Shown: positions 37,580 to 48,549 of the stretch, piece after piece
Layout of the letters: every line of letters begins with the position of its first letter
Numbering within the stretch: the stretch's first letter is position 1
NCBI GenBank assembly: GCA_003971905.1
Contig: RSEE01000014.1
Span: forward strand, 62,001-126,000
Direction of reading: 5' to 3'
Source of the DNA: Moniliella sp. 'wahieum'
Lineage: Eukaryota
DNA: 64,000 nt
The notes under the pieces: model-generated
Databases searched by the model: none
What the model was told of the DNA's origin: nothing
What the model saw: only the letters and a program-made list of their open reading frames with translations
Made by a program: the position numbers and the translations under genes

Positions 37580-40500
37580 TTACGAGCTGGAAGGCAGCAC
37601 GGACCGTCCATCGCCTTGGCGGAGGGAGGCAAGACGCTTGCCAATCGAGTGCACGTCTGAACAAGAGCGGGGGTTAGCTGAACGCTATTGAGGAGAGGGT
37701 GCGAAGAGAGGGCGGGGAAAAAAAGGGGGGGGGGACATACACTTCTCCACCGCACTTGCTTCGGCGGGAGACAAAGCGGGAGTCAAGTCATCCGGCGCCG
37801 GGTCGAGCAGTGTCAAAAACAGTGTCTCTGCCATCTCGTAGGCCAAGATGCAGGGATGTCGATTCCAGTCCTTGTCGTCTTGCGTCGAACTGGACCGGCG
37901 GCGCGCATCGAGACTTAGCCCAGTCGAGATGGAGGTGGAGGCGGAAGTAGAAACCGACGGAGAAGACGGAGGGGTATGCTGGTTCCGGTTCCAATCGTCG
38001 AGCGCGGCCCCCTTGGCCATTTGTTTGGCCATGTGCAAAATGAGCTGGTTAATGTCCTCTTGGGGGTGCAAGGCATCGCCTTCGCCCGTCCAGGCTTTGA
38101 CCGTTTCGATTTGATCCTGAATCTCACGAAACGAAGTTGGAGCATGCGGGTCTCTACCAAAGGGGGGAAAAAGTCAGGATCAGGCAAGACCAGTTGGTGT
38201 GTGTGAGCAAATGGGGAGGGGGTGTTGGGGGGGTGGAAGGGAGAAGGGGGAAAAGACCACGTACTGTCAATCAACTCGGGACAGGCACCTCTCGACGGAT
38301 GCGTGCGTTTCCGCGCGTCAAAGAATGCGCGGGCCTCATTGAGGGCACGGTCCACCAGCGAAGCGGCTCGGACGTAAATCAACAAACACTCGGCCGCCAC
38401 TGCCTCGGCATCCGAGATGGGAGCCAGAGGTGGGCAACCAGGGAAAGCCCCACACCGATGCTGAGAACGGGGTAGAACTCGGGGTCGTGCCTGGCGTGCC
38501 ATCGTCCGCTCGGCCGCTGTACCTGAAGCGAAACTCAGTGACGACGAGGACCGGCCGATCCAACACTGGGACGGTGGGCGTGACTCATGCCAGGATATGG
38601 AGAGGCTCCACGACCGTCGCTGTCGAGCGCGGAGGAGCCGAACGGTCCGGCGGGACGAAGAAGAAAGTTGCCCAACTCAGTCAAGACCAGCGCTTTCTTG
38701 TCCAAGCCGTGAAGCGTGTCGAGCATTGTCCTCTCGTCGACGTCTAGATCGCTCATGTTGGGCCCTGCTGATTCAAGCGATGGACCAGCAACGAGGCTGT
38801 TACTGCCCATACCGACGCACTCGAAATACTTTGGCTTCGGTGACTCCCACGAAGAATGGCTGAGCGTTGCGCAAGGGCGTTGTGCTGGGCGCTGTGCTTT
38901 GGAGACGGACAGCAGCCATACTAAGAGCGCGTGTCAAGGAACTGCTGGTTGGACTGGAAGGGAAGGAACGGTAGGGGGAAGAGGTGCCTGCCTGCGGTAG
39001 ACAAGCGGACGATAGATCGAGTGTTGGGGAAGGGAGTATGCCAGGGGCAGGCAAACTCATCCCATACGGTCCCACCGACGCACGTTGCTGTCCCGTCGCA
39101 CATCTTGCTAAAGAATCCTGGCCAAAACTCGAGGCGCGTGAAGCGACACGCAAGGGGATTGGGCTGCTGGCCACCGGGCTACTACTCGAGGGCGGCGTAG
39201 GGTTCACCTCTTGCCCTGGGCGAGCCATGGCTGGACAGTCCTTGAGAGGAACGAGGTGAGTATAACTCTGCCCGCCACCGAGAAGGAAGTGGACGAGCGA
39301 CGGTGGAACGAGGCCGGGCGCTGGTGAGGTGGTAACGCCAGAGCCGGGGGACTGGGAATGGGCACGGCCCTCTGCCCCCCGACACGCTCGAAGTGGGCGT
39401 CCCCAGCGCCGGCGGGGCAGGAGTATGCGTCTCGGGGGGAGGGACAGTTGACCCGGAAAGGAATGCAGGACGAGATCCCCCCGCCCGCCCCTCCGTATGG
39501 CTAGGGTTAGGCTGTGGCGAGGTCCCATAAAGACCCGCGGCTGCACATTCAGGGGAGAGGTACCTGGCTTGTTCGCCGTAGGCTCGGCCGCCGACATCGT
39601 CCGGGCTCGAACCAGGGGGGGGTGGGTGAGGCGACGGGAGACGGACGGGGAGAGCGAAGAGGGAGCAAAGCAGGGGATGCAGTACGGGGCAGTGCTTGCA
39701 CCCTTGTTGATGGCTGCCCTCCCAACCTGGCAAAGGAAGGCGCGCGAATCTGGCTCAGGCGGCGAATGGGGGACGAGCCCAAGGCTGCCATGGCTGCCGC
39801 CCGAGCGGCACTGGCCGCCGCCTGGGCCGAACTGGTATTGAACGTACCGGGGAACATGGGCATGACGGAGAATGTATCTGCCTCACGCGCAGCATGCGGC
39901 GCCTCATCCTCCACCATGGCGTAATCGCCATCCAACAGTCCGTCCTCTCCCGTCGAAGGCACAGTAGGATTGGACGCGTCCGCCGAGGTGTTCGGCCCAC
40001 GTGGGGAGACCGTGGTTGGACTGCAGCGTCCCGAGTCCCCCAAAGGCTTGGCGTTGGAGGAAGCCAAAGTCGCCTGGCTTGCTTCCTCACTGCTCGTGCT
40101 ATTAGCACTAGGTTGCGCCACCGAGAGCCGTTTGGGCGTAGCCGAAGGAGATTGGTTAGCGATCGAACCCGTGGTCTGCTCGAATGAAGTCCTCTGCGCA
40201 GCAGGAATCCGGGGGGAGTGGAAGCAGGCCCGAGGTGGGCACAGTTAGACTAGCCAATCGGCTCCGGGGCGAGGGCAAAGCGGTGACCGGGGTAAAGCCC
40301 ACCGTGGTCTTGCAGGCGGGGCCCGGGCGGCTTATCTTGCTTGGCATGGACGAGGGACCCATATCGCACCCCAGAGAGGTGGAGAGCTGGACAGGCTCTT
40401 GCGTAGGAAAGCGGCTGGGTGATGATGCTAGAGGTGCCTGCTCCACCCCGTCCGGATTGGTACTGGGGTGTATGCCATGGGGGCGAGTACGTAGGGAAGG

Positions 40501-41925
40501 CTCCTGGTCGGGAGGTTGGAAGGGCATTCAGGCTGGCGCCGGAATGGGAACCGCACGAGAGCGGCCAAGAGAGGGTATTGGTGATGATGGTACAGTGGCG
40601 GGCGCCGCTGGCAGAGAAATAGAAGGAGCGTTGGAAATAGCAGCGGGCAAGGTGGGGGTGGTAGGGGCGAGAGCGATGTGGTGGTGGCTTCACTAATGGG
40701 GTTGCCGTGCGCGAAGAGGAGATTTCTCTTCGAGTCGGAGGGGTGGCTGGAGTGGATTTCTCCTGCGAGATACCAGACGGAGCAGACCGTCCCAACGCAC
40801 GGGCCAATTGGGGCCCAGAGCCCGAAGCGACCGCCTCTGAACGAAAGAGCTCATCGAATCCAGCTCGCTCCACCGCCCTTCTCTTCAGCAACGCCCGAAT
40901 GATGCCCTTGAGGTCATCTGGAATCGGTGGCGGACGCACATAGGGGGGCAGGTTTTTTTTGCGAGCGCCGAGCGTCTCTCTCGCGCCACGCTACTTTCGG
41001 ACCGCTCGCAGGGGAAACGGATCCGGTCGTCGTTCTTTCAATCCGACGCAGTAGCTAATGTAGTTGGCCGCTCGAAACGGAGGTTTTCCCGTCGCCATTT
41101 CATACGTCACGGCCCCGACCGACCAAAGATCAGCCTTGGCCCCATACTTTTCTCGGCGCAAAATCTCGGGAGCCATGTACATGGACTGCCACAAAGCGTC
41201 TCGGCCAACGAAGCAGCGGGCAAATGACGAGCAAGCCAAAATCAGCTACTTTGATCTGGGGATCCAAGCGGATGACCTGCTGCCAGAAACGCAGGCCCTG
41301 CTGGTTGAAGAAGGAGATTCTGGGGTTTAATGTCGCGATGGACAATGTGCTTGCCCCACATGAACTCGAGCGCGCTGCAAAGTTGGTAGAGGAAGCTTCG
41401 TACAATCCAGCAGTTTGAGCCCCCGGGTGGTGAGGAAGTTCCTCAGTCCTCCCAGACTGCTTCGACAGCGGCGATGGGATCTGGAATGGAAGCCATTAGG
41501 GCATATTGGCCATAACCGAGGCAACCAAGTTCAGCACTGTTGTACACGGGGTCTGCAGGGGGGGGCAGTGGGCGACGAGGGGAGGCTCCCGTGAGATTTG
41601 ATGTACATGCTCAGGTCGCCCCATGGGAGAAAGGCATGACGAGGTAGGTAGAGATGTGACCGGTAGTCTTGATGCAGTCGTGGAGCTCAACGACGTTGGG
41701 GTGAGAGATGCTCTGGAAATGCTGATTTCGCCTCCAGGTTGGGACCAACTTGTCGGTAAGGAGAGCGCGGGACACGACCTTGATAGCGACAGGAGTGCGC
41801 GGGCGGAGTGCGTGGCAGCCCTTGCGGACGACGGCAAAGCTGCCCTTGCCGATTTCGGTTGGGAGGAGGACATAGGAGCCCACGCGTTGTTCGTGCGTGG
41901 ACTGCGCGGGGGTGCGCGAGTCCAT
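37580..41925 (-). CDS. ATG1: Autophagy Ser/Thr kinase Atg1 (N-terminal kinase, disordered linker, C-terminal tandem MIT/EAT region)
   Basis: [108 protein letters not shown]. Introns ~38154-38264 and ~37657-37740. Confidence 0.9.
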
Positions 41926-42049
41926 ATGGCGGCGGTGTGAGCAGAGGGTTGGCGAGGGGGATCGAGGAGGGCGAGGGGGGTGAGGGGGGCGAGGGAGGCA
42001 GGCGCGGTGTGTTGTCTGTTTGCTGTTTGCTGCTTGCTGATGGATGGAG

Positions 42050-42187
42050 TGAGGATGGAGAGGGGGGTAGGGATGGAGATGGAGACGGAGACGGCGATGG
42101 AGATGGAGATGGAGACGGAAGCGAAGACGGGGATGGAGATGGAGACGGAGACGGAGACAGGGATGGAGATGGAGACGGGGATGGAGG
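42050..42187. repeat. Degenerate (GGAGAT/GGAGAC)n hexamer array upstream of ATG1
   Basis: ggatggagatggagacggagacggcgatggagat... over ~135 bp. Confidence 0.85.
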
Positions 42188-43851
42188 GGCGAGAGGGGCA
42201 ATGGCGATGGATGTTATCGGGCAGACAGGACGAGGCGCCCACAGATGGCTGAGTGGCGTGGCAGGCTGCGTGTCTTATCGGCCGCCATCGATTAAATTAG
42301 ATGGGCTTAGAGTCACATCAGTGCATTCACCCATTCCCTCTCTCAGGCGGATGAGATCATCGGCGACAAAATATAGTCCAGCCTAGTCATGAACAGCCTC
42401 GCTTACATAACTCTCGCGCCTGCTGTCCGGCTGAGCTAATCAGTGTACGCGCGCCCCCCTCCCCGCCTGGGTTACCAGGCCTTACTAGTTACTGCGTATA
42501 GGGTGGTAACCGGTAACCCTGGTTCACCACCACCTTCACAATTGAATTCAATATTCACCGGTCACCGTGAATATTCACCAGTGTTGCCAATCGCGTTGCC
42601 AATCGCATCATCCAGCGCGCCAGCCGCCCCCCCCCATGTCATGGCGTTAGCATCATCTGTCCCAGCGCCTCTTCCTTCGTGCTTGCGGGGCCGGTGTTCG
42701 TCAGCGCCCTATGCCCTAGTGGAGATCGACGCCTCTGATGGATGTGATCGCTGATCTGATGCACGCAAGATAGTCCGTTTTCGTGTGCCATCCTGCCGTC
42801 TCGCCGCATTCCTCGCCCCCTGTTCTTTTTGTACGCTATCAAAATACCCCTCTGTTATCCCGGCCCTGCCTACGCGTTGGAAATGTGGCGTAACATGGGC
42901 TGGCCGTGCATGAAGCTGGTGAGCTTGAATGTGAGAGGGATGAACACTGAGGAGACGTAGCGACATTCTGGTAGATATAAATGGGAGGGTGGCGCGCGGA
43001 CTGGCCACCGGTTACCGAGTTATATAACCGGGTTACCCAGTTACGCGTTACGCGTTACGAGAGGGACAACTGTGAGCTTAACGTTACGAAAGAGTGGGAG
43101 CCGCTGGCCCCTGCGAGGACCCTGGCTCAACGGCTGAAGTGTGGGTGTGGTGTGGCCTGGTGTGGAAGGTGTAGTGTGGCCCAGACCTGCGTGCGCACAG
43201 CCAAAAAAACTGATTGCATAGCCTCCAACTCGTTCGTTTTTCGCGTTGCCGGCCTCGGGCGGCGGCAAGGCCGGCCACAGGCGCCAAGCCCCAAGCCTTG
43301 GAGGAAGGAAGGATGGGATGGGATGCGATGGATCGGCGGGGCGGGGCGGGGCGGGGCTGGGCAGCTGGCTGGTGGTGGCGGGCTGGGTACGTTGGCGGTG
43401 GGCCTCGGCGGGGCAGCGGGTTGCGTACGTGGGTGAGTATGTTGGAGGACGGAGTAGCCCGTAGTACATAGTTACCGTCTGGGCACTGCCACGCACTGCC
43501 CGCCACTGCCTGCCTCTGCCTCGGGCGGGCAGACAGGCGCGCGCAGCCACCGTGGCGGCGACTGCGGCCCAGCGCCCACGCTTGCTGCCGCACAGGGGAA
43601 CACCCTGGCCATTACATCAGCAGCGCGGCGGCTCCCGTGCCGGCGGGCTTAGCGCGGCTCCCGCAGCCCACCACCGCTGCACAGGGCCAGTGTTCCTGCT
43701 AGGGTTGCACCACACGCCGCCGTTGGGTCGGCGGTGTTGTGTTGGCGCAGCAGCCCTTCGTCTGCGGCGGCCTTCTTTTGCTACCACCACCCATCTCTGC
43801 CTGCTCAGCTCGTCTGTCCTGCTGCTCCCGCCTGCCACGCCTGGCGTCTCC

Positions 43852-45379
43852 ATGCTCTGCTGTTGACACCCGCGCCCCCCCTTACGACCACCACCACGAC
43901 CTGGTACGTCTCCGCCCCCCCTCCCTCCTGCCCCCGCCTGACCCCCCTCCCCCTCCCCGTGGCCAGCTACGACAGGGTGCACATGCTGCCCCAGTTCTAG
44001 CCAACGACCCTCTGTTACGACCCAGTCCACGACCCCCTCCGACACTTTACGACCCCCCCACCCCCCCACCCTAACCTCCACCTTCCCCCCCACCCAACAC
44101 CCCCCTTACCCCATTCACATCCCCATCCACAACCCTAACCGACCCCCACCCATCTACCTCTCCCCCTCCTCTTTACGACCTGACGACCCCACGATCAGAA
44201 TGCCTCTCTCCTCTGCCTTCCCCACCGACCACCTCGACGCCTCCCTGCCTCTGTGGGGCGACTCATGGCTCCTCCCTTCCACCCCGGGCCTCAGCCCTTC
44301 CTCCCTCTCCCCCTCGACGGATGCGGCCGACTGGCTCGTCTCGCCTCCGTCCCTCCTGCCCTGCGCTTCAGACACCACCTTTGCCTCGGACAACACCTTT
44401 GCCTCCGACACCACCTTTGTCCCGATCAGACCGAGTTCCACGTCGACGTTGCCGCCAAGGCCAAGGCCAAGGTTCCGGCCCAGGCTGACGAGCAGGCCTC
44501 CCTGCTTGTCGCCGCGCCGCTCACTCACGCTCCTTTTTCTGCGCTCTGGCCCCCCTCTACAACCTGTGTGTCCGACACGGTTCCCCTCTCTCCTGCCCCG
44601 GGCCCCGCTCCCGGCGCTGCCGTTGCCCCGGCACCCACGCCGTCCTTGGAAGGCGACCTAGCCTGGCCAACGATGGACGCTGCGTGCCTCCTTTCCGATA
44701 CTTCGGTGCCGCCCCGGTGCCGACTTCGTCGTCGCTCTCGTCGTCGCTTTCAGCTTGGACCTCTACTCTTCCCTCTGGTCCTGCGGCTACGCCCACGGAG
44801 CCTACGACCTCCTCCCCGCTCACTTGGCCATTGTCGATGTCTGCGTATTGGTTTGGCTCCCCCGGCTTTCCGCTCGCCACTCCGGCTGCGCTGGCCGCTG
44901 CGCCGGGCCTACCTCTTTCGCCTTCGGCTACTGGGCTCGAAACGGAGGCACTGGCTTCCAACGTTTTTGGCATGCCCAGCTTCCACCCGACTGCTAGTCC
45001 TTGTGGCGATGGCGCGATGGAACGGCTGGGTGCCCCTGTGGAACTTCGTGCGGCCGTTTCGGGGGCCAAGGTGCGCAAGCCGCAGAGCCGCAAGCAGCGC
45101 AACCCTCAGCGCAAGGTGACGCCGTGTTCTGCGTATGTAGGGCACAATGGACGTGCGTACGTGTGCTTGGTGGCGGAATGCGAAAAGACATTTAAGCGGT
45201 CGGAACATGTCAAGCGGCATGTGCGTGCGGTGCACATGAAGGAACGACCGTACCCGTGCTTGCACCCCAGTTGTGGCCGCTTGTTCAGTCGCCACGACAA
45301 TCTCAAGCAGCACACACGTACCCACACAAGCCCCGTCCGCATTCCCACGGTTGAGGTGAACTCAACCTCACTGGTTTGA
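43852..45379 (+). CDS. C2H2 zinc-finger transcription factor (two C-terminal fingers, Msn2/Seb1-like)
   Basis: YVCLVAECEKTFKRSEHVKRHVRAVHMKERPYPCLHPSCGRLFSRHDNLKQHTRTH. Probable exon 1 from ATG 43852, intron 43904-44000 (GTACGT...TTCTAG). An alternative start at 44200 is possible. Confidence 0.85.
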
Positions 45380-46685
45380 ACCAACGTTCTGTTTTGTTTT
45401 GCCTCCCCTCCCCTCTAAGCCTGCGCTGCCCCCGCCTTGATTTTTCGGCCCCCATGCTCTTGCATCCTATGCGGAGGAACGGACCTCCTTCCCCCTTCCC
45501 TTCCCCATTTTTCTTTTTTCTTTTTCTTTTTTTTTCTCTTCTTCTTTCAAACTGCCTCCTTTGTGTCTTTTTTCTTTTGGCGCCCCGTTTCGTCAACAGT
45601 CTCGGTGACTGCTTTGCCCGGCCCTGCTCTTCTCTCCTCTCCTCTACACTACACTACATTACACTACTCTACTCTGCTCTCCTATCCACTGCCCTACACG
45701 GTCTACTGTACCGTCGCTAGCTGTGCCCCGTTTCTTTCGCCTCCTTGCCTCTTTGCCTCTTTGCCTCCTTACTTCCTTACCTTCTCCCTCCCATGCTTCT
45801 CCACCCTGCCCCCCCCCCCCCTCTCTGGCCTGCTAGCCCTACCACTGGGCCCTTACACTCCTTTGCCGTGCCCCCGTGCCCCTGCCCGACTTGAATCTAC
45901 CTCGCCGTGTGCCCCGTCTGTCCTACTCTACTCTACTCTACTCCCCCCCTTAGGATTGGTTCTTGTTCTCTTCCTTAGGACTCGTCTTTCGCCTGGCCTC
46001 CCAAACCGTCAAACCGTGTTGGCCTGCCCCCCCTTGTCGCCACCTTCCCCAGCCTTCCTCTTCCTTGGCACCCGTTGCACGTATATGGCTGTGGCTTTTT
46101 TTGTTGCGGCAGCTGTTGGATGGATCATCGATCATGCATCATGGGGCAGCTACGGCAAAGGGTTACGGTGGGAAGCAGGTTCATGCTCGGCTTGGCGGAC
46201 AAGCGTCACGGTCACGGTCACGTCGGTACGGAACTATGGACGTGCGTGCGGGTGGGGGGGGGAAAGGCGTCGAAAGAACTAAACAATTTACACTACCCAC
46301 CCCCGCTCCACCTTGAAGCTTGACCCCTGCCCGCCTGACCGGTAACCGGGGTAACCAGCAAGAGTAAGGGGACGGACGATTCGATCAACAATCCGTAATC
46401 CGTAATCCCGCCGCGCCAAAATCTACAAACCACAAATCAGACAAAGTAATCGATTGCCATCCTGCCCAACCCAAACCCATGGGGCGCCACAGAGAGGGAC
46501 AAGGGAACGCAGTGGGGACGTAGGTTTAGGTACGAGGTGAAGTGGTGTATATACGTAGTAACGAGGTAATGTAAAGTGGTGTATATAAGAGTGGGGAGTG
46601 GGCATCGGCTGTCCCTAGACCGTCTTCTTCTTCTCTTCTTCTTCTTCTTGCCAACGTGCAATGCTGGAGCTTGGGATCGCGTCGC

Positions 46686-46745
46686 GATCGGATCGGATCA
46701 GATCGGATCAGATCAGATCGGATTGGATCGGATGGGACCGGACCA
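46686..46745. repeat. (GATCG/GATCA)n pentamer repeat
   Basis: gatcggatcggatcagatcggatcagatcagatcggattggatcgg seen directly. Confidence 0.85.
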
Positions 46746-47043
46746 GATTGGGGTACTTGGCTTGGCTCGGGTTTCCTTCGTCTTGTTTCGCTTCACTTCA
46801 GAGAGGCGTGGACCGTGGACCGTGGACCGTGTACCGAACGGGGAATGTAGTGGGTTGGCATCCGCTTGCTTGGCTTGGCTTGGCTTGGTTTCGCTCCGTC
46901 TTCCTCCCCCCTGGGAAGAGATGGACGACTCAAGTACCCCCCACGACAAACGGAATGGAACAGAGAGCAGGAACAGGGAGACAAAGCAAGGGAACAGGAA
47001 AAAAGGCTAGGAGTGGGAGAGGGGGAGGTGCCTGGCATGGCAT

Positions 47044-47403
47044 TCAGCACCACAGCCTGCCTCCCTGTCCACCGGCATGCCACACCCCCTCCCCGGGCCT
47101 ACGGGAGACGGAGGAGGTGCACCGCACTTGGGAGGGGAGGGGTAAAGAGGGTAGGACGCGGCGAGAGAGAAAAAGGGGCGAACGAGAGAAGGGGGGGGGG
47201 CTAGCCTGCGTTGGTAGGGCGGGAGCAGGCCGGCGGGGCGAGGGCAAGACGTGTTTGGTGGAGGCCGTGGTGGAGGGTAAGTCTTCGGGCGCACAGGTAT
47301 GGTGGGCACAGCGAGGACAGAGCAGCGCAAGGCTGGTGCCCACCACGCGGTTGCAGGGCACGCACCAGCGGAAGAAGGTCTCTTCGCCGAGTGGCGTCGA
47401 CAT
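47044..47403 (-). CDS. Possible small Cys-motif protein (Ecl1 life-span-regulator-like)
   Basis: MSTPLGEETFFRWCVPCNRVVGTSLALLCPRCAHH: F..CxxC-x11-CxxC followed by a Ser/Pro tail. Divergent from the ATRR gene. Confidence 0.35.
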   Translation of the reverse strand: MSTPLGEETFFRWCVPCNRVVGTSLALLCPRCAHHTCAPEDLPSTTASTKHVLPSPRRPAPALPTQASPPPFSRSPLFLSRRVLPSLPLPSQVRCTSSVSRRPGEGVWHAGGQGGRLWC

Positions 47404-48549
47404 GGGTGGTGGTGGTGGCGGTGGGCAGGAGGGGGGGAAGAGGCGGGGCGGGCGGAGGAAGGAGGGTGTGTGGGGTGGCCGGGGGGGCAAGGCAGACAGG
47501 CCAGACGCCGGCGGGCGCTGTCTTGGGTGCGTCGGGGCAGGACGGGAGCGGGGCGGAAGGAGACGGGACGCCCGTGGGGAAGCGGGGGGCACGGGTGCAG
47601 TGTGCGGGACGGCGGCGATAAGATGGGGTTAGGACGCTGGGCAGCCACAAGCCAGACGGGCGACAGGCCACGTGTGCTGAACGAGCGACCAGAGAGCAGC
47701 GCAGCGCACGCCCCCGAGGCTGCCCGAGCGCTGCGGGCCCGCCGGGGCCGGCCGGGAGAGAGACGCCACGAGCTGAGCGCGGCGGCGCGGCGGGCGAGGT
47801 ATTTTGGTGCTGCAATGTTGCAAGGAAAAACGCTGCTTTGTCCGACGCAAGAGTTTCGGATCTCGGAGCCACGATCCAACATCTGATGCCGCCGCTCGCC
47901 AGAGTGAAAGTATCAGCGCAGGCGCTGACTGCAATGCACCGATTGGGATGGGGATGCCGCGGGTGGACTGGCGGGAGTTGGCCCGTGGGATGCATGGCAT
48001 GACCGCACGCCCAGGAGCCACGCTGACGCTATGCTCGCCCACGCCCTCCTACCCCAGCCCAGCCCCACAGGCCACAGGCCTCCGGCACGCAGCCCCCCCG
48101 CACGCCCCTGCCTCCGCCCCACCACCACCACCACCACCACCATCTCCCGCTCCCTCTCTCCCGCCCCCGCCATCGCCATCGCCATCCCCCCATCCCCAGT
48201 ACCCTTGCGCTTCTGGCTGTGTCCGCCGCCGCACATCACACCACACCACATCACACCCACGCCTCCCTCCCCGCCTAGGCCGCCTTGTCCGCCATGCCCG
48301 CCTTGTCCGGCCGGCCTGGCTGGGCCTGCGCTGCGGCGCCACGCGGGCGGACGATGCGACTGCGGATCTCAGATGCGCCGCCCAGCCGCACGCGCAGCCG
48401 CCAAGCCAGCGCGCTGGCTTCTTCCTGCTAGGGTTGCCTGCCCCGCCACGTGGCCGCCTCTCTCACGCAGGCCTTCCCGGCCGGCCATTCACACCCGCCT
48501 GCCAGTACCCCCGCCCGCCCCCCCCCCACCACCGTCTCTTAGATCCCCC

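Noticed and set aside
43852..43866. Apparent uORF MLCC* upstream of the C2H2 factor
   Set aside because: Restoring one base gives M.SAVDTRAPPYDHHHDL, which splices in frame into the next exon. It is probably the true start broken by an indel.
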